From contig NC_068998.1 in NCBI RefSeq assembly GCF_001194135.2, positions 18,558,254 to 18,612,022 of the forward strand: 53,769 nucleotides of DNA, read 5' to 3'. Position 1 is the stretch's first letter; each line of letters opens with the position of its first letter. Below, one piece after another: positions 46,210 to 53,769 of this stretch. Source of the stretch: Octopus bimaculoides (Eukaryota). The notes beneath the pieces were generated by a model. It was not told where the DNA came from. It did not search any database and worked only from the letters and a program-made list of their open reading frames with translations. Made by a program: the position numbers and the translations under genes.

Positions 46210-46964
46210 TTCAGATGAAGGTTTCTTGCGCGGCAACTGTGCCGTTAAACAATCACGATGTGTCTGGCTGTTATTCAGTTTTTGCTGCAAGGACTAAAGG
46301 TCTACAAAAAACTGTTTCAAAGAGACAAAATTGCCGTGGAATGTTACTAAAGGAGCTGGCCTTACACAATAGGATACAGTAAAAGAATGTATTCGATATG
46401 GAGAATGAGAGAGGTTCCTTGTCACAGATAAAAAAAATCACGATAAAAGACACGATAAAAAAATCAAAGCAAATAGTGAGAAAACAATGTTTTTCTCCGT
46501 CGGAGCTAGATGATGACTAATACGATTACGTAGAGAGGAAATTGGTTAAGAAAAGACACAAAATCAATGACCCATCGAGAGGAAAGAAGTGCTAGTGAGA
46601 GAGAAAATGGGTTTATTTTAGAGTGGGGGAGAGGAAGTTATAGAAAGGGAAAGGAGCGTGCGTCAATGTTTGAAAGGGATAAGAAATAAGGATAGGACGA
46701 GATTGTCAGGTTTGAGAAGACGTGAAAATAAAAAAGCTACAAAAAAAAAAAAAAAGTAAGGAAACTAGATAAATTGTTAAGTTGGCGATTTGGCTTGGAC
46801 GTTAGAAGTGTCCGGGAAGAAAGTCACAGAAAACGTCAGTGGGAAAAATAATCACATTTTATTTATATACTATAAACAATTAAAGTAATAACGCAAAAAA
46901 TATATTTAAACTAGTTATTAACTATTAATACAGGACTTGTACACAAATTATATATATTGGCATT

Positions 46965-47360
46965 GTTGTTGTTGTTGGCACTCCGTCGCTTACGACGACG
47001 AGGGTTCCAGTTGATCCGATCAACGGAACAGCCTGCTCGTGAAATTAACGTGAAAGTGGCTGAGCACTCCACAGACACGTGTATCCTTAACGTAGTTCTC
47101 AGTGAGATTCAGCGTGACACGGAATGTGACAAGGCTGGCCCTTCGAACTAGAGGCACAACAGAAACAGGAAGTAAGAATGAGAGAAAGTTGTGGTGAAAG
47201 AGTACAGCAGGGTTCGCCACCATCCCCTACCGGAGCCTCGTGGAGCTTTAGGTGTTTTCGCTCAATAAACACTCACAACGCCCGGTCTGGGAATCGAAAC
47301 CGCGATCCTATGACCGCGAGTCCACTGCCCTAACCACTGGGCCATTGCGCCTCCACTATG
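46965..47360 (-). mobile_element. Full-length SINE family C, 8-bp TSD
   Basis: (CAA)n tail. TSD ttggcatt at 46957-46964 and 47361-47368. Confidence 0.92.
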
Positions 47361-47782
47361 TTGGCATTACACACGTGAAAAAAAAAGAAAAAAAGAAAAA
47401 AAAAAAGAGAGCAAAATAAAAAGAAAACCTTTTTATTCAATTTCTTAAGGAAAGTAAGATAGTGAAACAAAGATTTCAGTTAGTTATTTATCGACAACAT
47501 TTAGCTTGTATACTATATATGATAGCACTACACACATGTGAGAAAGACTTTTATTCATTTTTTAAAGCAAGGTAAGATAATGAAACAACGGTGGCATCTT
47601 TGTTTTTTGTAACTCTTTTCCCCCGTGACTTATTTATCTGTATTCTCGTTAGAGCGTTCGAGAAAATACATCGGGTATATGTTACGTCTCCAGACACTGA
47701 GGTCGATGTAATCAACTTACACCCTACCCCGAAATTGCTGGCCTTGTGCCAAAACTTGAAACCAATATTGTTATTATGAGTT

Positions 47783-47990
47783 AAGGCGGCGAACTGAGAG
47801 AGTCGTCAGCACGTCGGGCAAAAATACTTTCGTCCGTCGCTTACGTTCTGAGTTCAAATTCCGTCAACTTCGCCTTGCATCCTTTTCGAGATCGATAAAA
47901 TAAGTAATAGTTGTGTACTGGGGGTCGATGTAATCGATTTACCTCTTCTCTCGAAATTACTGGCCTTGTACCAAAATTTGAAGCCAATAT
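47783..47990 (+). mobile_element. SINE family B, tail type 1 (a fragment is also at 47690-47765)
   Basis: aaggcggcgaactg..gagttcaaattcc..gataaaataagta..ggccttgtaccaaaatttgaagccaat. Confidence 0.85.
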
Positions 47991-47994
47991 TTAT

Positions 47995-48705
47995 TTCTTT
48001 ATTGCCCACATGGGGCTAAACATAGATGGGGACAAACAAGAACAAAGCGATTAAGTCGATTACATCGACCCCAGCGCATAACTGGTACTTATTTAATCGA
48101 CCGGATCTATTTTAAAACGGGGGCCACATTTTTCATTAATGTTTTACGTAGTGTTTTTGGTATGGAAAGACTTTCAAACTTCGTATACTTATCTATTTTG
48201 TGTTATAGAACAGAAAAATATTTTTGTATTCGAATTTATTTCATGTAAAAAATTGTCTTACTTCGATAATTTCAACCAATCACTGACAAGTATTCAGTTG
48301 TTTACATTTACTCCTTTGGCTGATTAATCTCCATACCTTCGTTTTATTTGCTTTTTTTCATTTTAAATTTGCTTTAACCCTAACCCTAAGGTTAGGGTTA
48401 GGGTTAATTGTTTCAGAATCGTTTGTTTATGTAGTCGGCACTTAATGTATATCGGCTGAATGGACGTCAGTATTTGGTTGAAATTACAGAAATACGACAA
48501 CTTTAACATGGAATAACTTATGGATTTCTTTTTTTTTTTTGAAGAAGACTAAGAGAAAAAGATGTTTTATATGACACATTCTACCAGTGTTCCAAGTTTC
48601 AAAGTGTTTCGTTAATGAAAAATGTGGCCCCCGTTTTAAAAAAGATCCAATCGACCCCGAAAGGATGAAAGGCAAAGTCAACCTCGGCGGAATTTGAACT
48701 CAGAT
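47995..48705 (-). mobile_element. SINE family B, tail type 2, split by a MITE (47995-48102 plus 48649-48705)
   Basis: Removing 48103-48656 restores aactggtacttatttaatcgaccccgaaaggatgaaaggc. Confidence 0.88.
48103..48648. mobile_element. 546-bp MITE, about 37-bp TIRs, 8-bp TSD (Merlin-like)
   Basis: TIRs ggatctattttaaaacgggggccacatttttcattaa / ttaatgaaaaatgtggcccccgttttaaaaaagatcc. TSD aatcgacc at 48095-48102 and 48649-48656. Confidence 0.92.
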
Positions 48706-49829
48706 GAAGCCAGTATTAAAATAAAAATTTCACACAGCAAACGCAGTAGAATTTTGTTTATTTTCAGCACGTAGCATAAAAAGAACCAATTCAATTTCCA
48801 TAATGCAATAGGTGGAGTTGACTTTATGATGTGATTAAATTCAATACTTTTACAAGTAGGTCCTTCTTCAGAGTTCCAGCATAAATGTTAACAATTCTTA
48901 TTAAAAGTAAAAAAGATGTTAAGAACCACTTTGCACGAACTAAGTTCAGCTTACCACTTGTCTCAAGTGAAGATGGTATGCAACTGCCTAGTTTGTCTAA
49001 TGTCAGGTCTTATATTCCTAACAATGGAATAATTGACGGCTAAAACAGCATTTTATTCACATGAAGAGAGAATCGTGAGAAGAAATAAAGATAGACAGAG
49101 ATTGTAGTTGATGTAGCATTAGCCTGATGTCCACTTCATCTGTACACACGGTTAAGAAAGATCCATACATGTAAAATATATTTTGATGTATAGCGAAATA
49201 CGCAGTTCTATATTTGTCATACTTGTGTCTAATAGTGAATTATCATTCGCTGTCGTATTGCCCAGCAACAATGAAACACCACGAGCAGTCAATAGTAACG
49301 GTAATGAATAATTGCGCTTATATTTCACGTCTAACGTTGCGGAGACCAAACAGTATTTTTGTCTTTTGTCACGTATTTCAAGTATATTTTATGGTTGCTT
49401 GAAATGGATATTCCTAAGTGACTGAGCAGGCAATGCAAAACTGATATGGTCTCTGGAACGTGTTTATAGTTATGACAAAATTATTGAGGATAATTATAAC
49501 TAAGGTATACTTTATTGTCAGAAGTTCGACTTAAAAATCTTTCGATTTTCACCCGTTCATATGAATATCATGTGTCGTATTCTACACTAGTGTTTTCTAA
49601 TCTTTTTTTAGATAGGCCCACCTCACTGGAACGTTTTTTTTATGTGCTCCCCACTGACATTAATGTTAAAAAGAAAAAACAACTTCAGTTTTGTAATAAA
49701 TGTTTAATAGTAGAAACAGGTCACTATTGATAATAATTAAAAACCTTTAATGAAAACAGAATTTGTAAAATTGATGTACTAACGTAATTATAAATATTGC
49801 TTTAAATTAGTTTTATTATTTCGAAATTT

Positions 49830-50050
49830 AAGGCGGCGAACTGGCAGAATCTTTAGCACGCCAGACAAAAATGCTTAGCGACATTTCGACAAAATGCTTT
49901 GCGCACTTCGTCCATCTTTACGTTCCGATTCCGCTGAGGTTGACTTCGCCTTTCATTCACCGGAAATCGATAGAATAAGTACCAGTTGAGCACTATCGTC
50001 GATGTAATCGGCTAGTCCCCTCCTACAATATTTGTTCTTATAGTAGAAAA
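49830..50050 (+). mobile_element. SINE family B, tail type 3
   Basis: aaggcggcgaactggcagaa..gatagaataagtaccagttgagcac..gatgtaatcggctagtcccctcc..gttcttatagtagaaaagattaat. Confidence 0.8.
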
Positions 50051-51234
50051 GATTAATACGAAATATACTTCTATGAAAATAGATAATTGGTATGAAAACA
50101 ATTTTTGGAGAAAAATTTATAATAATAATAAAAAAAACCTAAAAAATTTTATTGAAAGGTAACCTGCGTTCGACCATTAATATAATAAACTTCATAAGAA
50201 TATCAGTGTCTGTTAATTGCACATTATTCTATTTCAATAAAACAACCATTTATAATCACTCACTACTTTTCTGATACAACACACACAAAATACTTCTGTC
50301 GATACCCAGTGAAATAACTTCTATAAAAGGATTTGTAACGGTTAAGATTAATTAGGTGCACAATAATATGAAATGTCGGAGTCAGCAGTTGTAACGATAA
50401 AAAATTGTTGTTATAACGGCATGTTGTAGGATGTGAAATATGAACAATGCATGAAGTTTTAAGAAAGTATTTATTTACTGTTACGTTGAAAATACCTTGC
50501 CTCGTCGGGCAGGTTATAAAATCCGAGAGCGTGCGAAAGAAAGTTAAATGTGGTAGAATTTTTCTTTGTATAGTTTTGTGTACACCTTCTCTTAGCAGTA
50601 AGCTACCGATAGCGATAGAATGATGTTGTAAGAGAACAGATATAGAGCTAGTGAAAGTTGTAAGGCTGTGGGACGTTGTCTCACAGTTGCTGACAGTAAA
50701 TTTCATTTCTCTGTCTGACTATTGTCTTTAGTAGCTGTCTTGCTTGTGATCATGATTCTAGCGAAGTATAAACTGGATCCTTTTTTCTGCCATGACGAAA
50801 GCTATAGAAAATACATTATGTATATGTGTATGAACGTTTTTGTGAATAAATTTTAAAAAGGTACAGACAGTAATCGAAAATTCTAGGAAGTAATAAAATG
50901 AGCTTGTGTCACCCGCTAATTACCAATCTTCTTTTCCTGTCGTCACACTGAATTTTGTCATGACCTCAAGTTTGGAAACATTGCTCTGCACAAATACTAC
51001 TTTAAAGTTAGTTTCTTCTACGTTAAACACAGTTGTTTTCTCAGCTACTAATAAAATGGAATTAGACAAGACAGAAAGATTCCTTTAACAGGACTTTCCG
51101 TTAACCAAAATGTTGAAAACTGTTTATACTTTTTTCTTCTAATCTTCATGACATTATGTGCATTAGCTATGTAAAGCATGGCAATAAGAGCCTTTACATG
51201 GCAATCTTAAATTTTTTTTTTTTTAAATTTTTAA

Positions 51235-51880
51235 TCTTTTTATTTGTTTCAGTTATTTGAGTGCGGCTATGCTCGGGCATCACCATGATGAGTTTTATTT
51301 TTTGAATTTTTTTTTATCGGTATCTTTTGATGAGCCGTTAAATCACAGGGACGTAAACAAATCAACACCGTTTGTTAAGCAGTGGGAGGGGGACAAATAC
51401 AGACACGAACACATACACATTCACATATATACATATATGTATATCAAAAAGTATCAAAGATCTTTTCCGTACCATAAGCTCATAAGGACGTTTTCCCAGT
51501 TTCATTGCCGTATATATTCATTCCTCCCTTGGATGGGAGGCCGGTCCGTCGCAGGATTATTTGGTTTTCAACAGCCAAGTGAACTGGACCAGCAGGAAAT
51601 GAAGTGTTTTGCTCAGGAATGGAAGCTCAATCTTACGATCATAAATGCAACACCCTAACCACTAAGTCACGCCCCCCCCCTACGTGCGCGCGCATAAACG
51701 ATGGCCTTCCACACAGTTTCCATTTACAAACTTCACTCACAAAACATTAGTCAGCCCGGGTGGGGGCGGGGGTAGAGTAGAAGACACTTGCCCAAGGTGC
51801 CACGCAGTGAGACTGAACTCGAAACCACGTGACTGCAAGGGGAGCTTCTTACTCATACAACCATATCTGCGCCTTGAATA
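51235..51880 (-). mobile_element. SINE family A split by a nested CORE-like SINE (about 51440-51672, tail type ii)
   Basis: 3' half at 51235-51420 and 5' half at 51705-51880 (cacttgcccaaggtgccacgcagtgagactgaac). The nested copy matches 11185-11400. Confidence 0.75.
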
Positions 51881-52241
51881 TTTTCAATAAATTCTTTCAT
51901 CATGTTACACTGAAAGGCTTTATTATTTCATTGTTAAAGAATTAAATTATACTAGCAGAAAGATCGCCTTCCGGGCGGTTTTCTGCTAGCTCCTTGGTAT
52001 ACTTTCGCATTTAATTCCTAATTCTAATAATTTTTGTGAACTTCACTTGAATTTTGTAGAGAACTAACAATTGTTGAGGGTTGAAATATTTTCTAGCCCA
52101 GAGTCAGAGGTATGCTACAACAGTTAATGACATTTGGCAACAGTTATCTTTCTTCTTTCTTCTACAAACGAATCCAAATACAACATTTTCGGACAGGAAT
52201 TATTGCCAGCATATGTTAGGCGTTTTCGACACATACTAGAA

Positions 52242-52554
52242 AAGTGGTTCTCAACCTAATTCCATGTAAAAGTTTTGGGGGATCACGCAAGCAATATAGT
52301 AAATTGGAGATTTATTGAGCGGGACCATGAAACAATTTTGTTTTAGGTGTATTTATTGCAGAAAAGGCTAGGTCTCTTTCTTTAATGCTTTACATAGTTT
52401 AACCTACACAAGTTAATGAGTGAAAAACAAATTAGGAATTTTGAAAGGAGCGTCTATATAACTGGTTTTTAAACATCGAATGGCTACGGGAGTCCACCAG
52501 ATCAGAATAGTAATCAAAGGGGTCCACAAGCAAAAAAATGGTTGAGAATCACTG
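52242..52554. mobile_element. hAT (Charlie-like) MITE
   Basis: TIRs aagtggttctcaacc / ggttgagaatcactg. Body similar to 21809-22224. Confidence 0.78.
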
Positions 52555-52904
52555 TGCTAAACGTTTCTGTTCAGTCTTTGAAATGCAGTCCTAGCTATGT
52601 TAAGAGTATACTTTTGTCAAGAGAGATTCTCAGTGATAATGAGGGCTGTAGCTGAGTTCCCTCATGTTAAGAAGAGTAAAATGTAGTGATGTTTTCCTTA
52701 CATGAGTAGTACTTGAGTTGTTTTTCTTTTTCATTTCAGACCATTGGCTTTTAAATCGACTTCCGGTTGGATTTGAATTCCGAAATATGAATTAAGCCAT
52801 TTATTTACTTAGTTGAAGGCCTTGACATTATGGACCACCTTTCACCACTGACTTCATAGCGGCAATTATTAAAATATATCTCCTCCCTCTCACTTCTTCG
52901 ATGA

Positions 52905-53030
52905 AAGATAAGCGTGTGTGTGTGTGTGTGTGTGTGCTTGCGTGATGTATGTGTAGTGTGATGTGTGAATGTGCGTGTGTGGTGTATGTGTGTGCGTATA
53001 CGTGTGTGTGACAGAGGCAGAGAGAGAAAG
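52905..53030. repeat. (GT)n-rich microsatellite
   Basis: Seen directly. Confidence 0.9.
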
Positions 53031-53262
53031 TTCGCTTGTTGCTGTGTAGTTGAGAAGAAAGGTAAAAATGTGTAGAAGTGAACGGAAGAGCGTATATGCA
53101 TTTTCATCATCGACGAAGGGACAGTCCATTCATCACTTCTTCCATCATGCTGGGCTTTAACGCTTGAAAAGGGGCAAACAAATGGCCATGTTTAACAAAA
53201 CTAAAATGGTTTTAAACAAGTCCCTTATCTTGGCGAAGACAGAAGGATGATACAGAGCAGCG

Positions 53263-53380
53263 GTTCTTAACGGGGATCAATATGACTCCTGGCAGAGGAG
53301 GGGGGTCTATATAAGTATTTGGAGGGTCCACGCAAGCAAAACAGTAAATTGAGAGTTTACAGTAGTATTTTAAGGGTCCG
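53263..53380 (+). mobile_element. hAT MITE 5' part, interrupted by SINE C
   Basis: cagcggttcttaacggggatcaatatgactcctgg..gggtctatataag..gggtccacgcaagcaaaacagtaaattg, as in 52242-52554. Confidence 0.65.
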
Positions 53381-53382
53381 TC

Positions 53383-53755
53383 GAGGCGCAATGGTCCAGT
53401 GGTTAGGGCAGCGGACTCGCGGTCATAGGGTCGCGGTTTCGATTCCCAGACCAGGCGTTGTGAGTGTTTATTGAGCGAAAACACCTAAAGCTCCACGAGG
53501 CTCCGGGTGGCGAACCCTGCTGTACTCTTTCACCACAACTTTCCCTCACTCTTTCTTCCTGTTTCTGTTGTGCCTGTAATTCAAAGGGTCAGCCTTGTCA
53601 CACTGTGTCACGCTGAATATCCCCGAGAACTACGTTAAGGGTACACGTGTTTGTGGAGTGCTCAGCCACTTGCATGTTAATTTCACGAGCAGACTGTTCC
53701 GTTGATCGGATCAACTGGAACCCTCGACGTCGTAAGCGACGGAGTGCCAACAACA
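53383..53755 (+). mobile_element. SINE family C, near full length
   Basis: gaggcgcaatggtccagtggttagggcagcggactcgcgg..ggagtgccaacaacaaac. Confidence 0.92.
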
Positions 53756-53769
53756 AACGGCAAACCTAC

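Noticed and set aside
47429-47590. Imperfect direct repeat of about 43 bp with a period of about 120 bp
   Set aside because: Only two AT-rich, diverged units, with no array or CRISPR-like structure.

Overview
Repeat-dense animal genomic DNA with many N gaps. The SINE/RTE repeat families and (TA)n/(CA)n/(CAT)n microsatellites suggest a coleoid cephalopod, probably Octopus (inference). One host gene is visible: the 3' four coding exons of ribose-5-phosphate isomerase A (RPIA) on the + strand (3886-4019, 19164-19305, 20580-20679, 24499-24608). They splice in frame with GT-AG introns, and the first intron is 15.1 kb. The 5' exons lie outside the window or in a gap. The rest is intronic or intergenic, with relics of many TE classes: a Penelope-like element with an inverted pseudo-LTR and a type-I hammerhead-like ribozyme, several RTE LINE lineages, an L1/Tx1 RT fragment, an ORF1-only LINE-like element, an RLE-type (R4/NeSL-like) fragment, a Gypsy RNase H, two probable solo LTRs, mariner and Merlin transposase relics, hAT, piggyBac-like and Merlin-like MITEs, Helitrons (one only 91 bp) and modular tRNA-derived SINEs. 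The most notable observations are hammerhead-core motifs inside intronic foldback structures, SINE/LINE module and tail sharing, a MITE with a head-to-head telomeric-repeat palindrome, and CpG decay in repeats inside but not outside the gene. All TE names come from motif recognition by eye, with no database search. Boundaries without a TSD or TIR are approximate.
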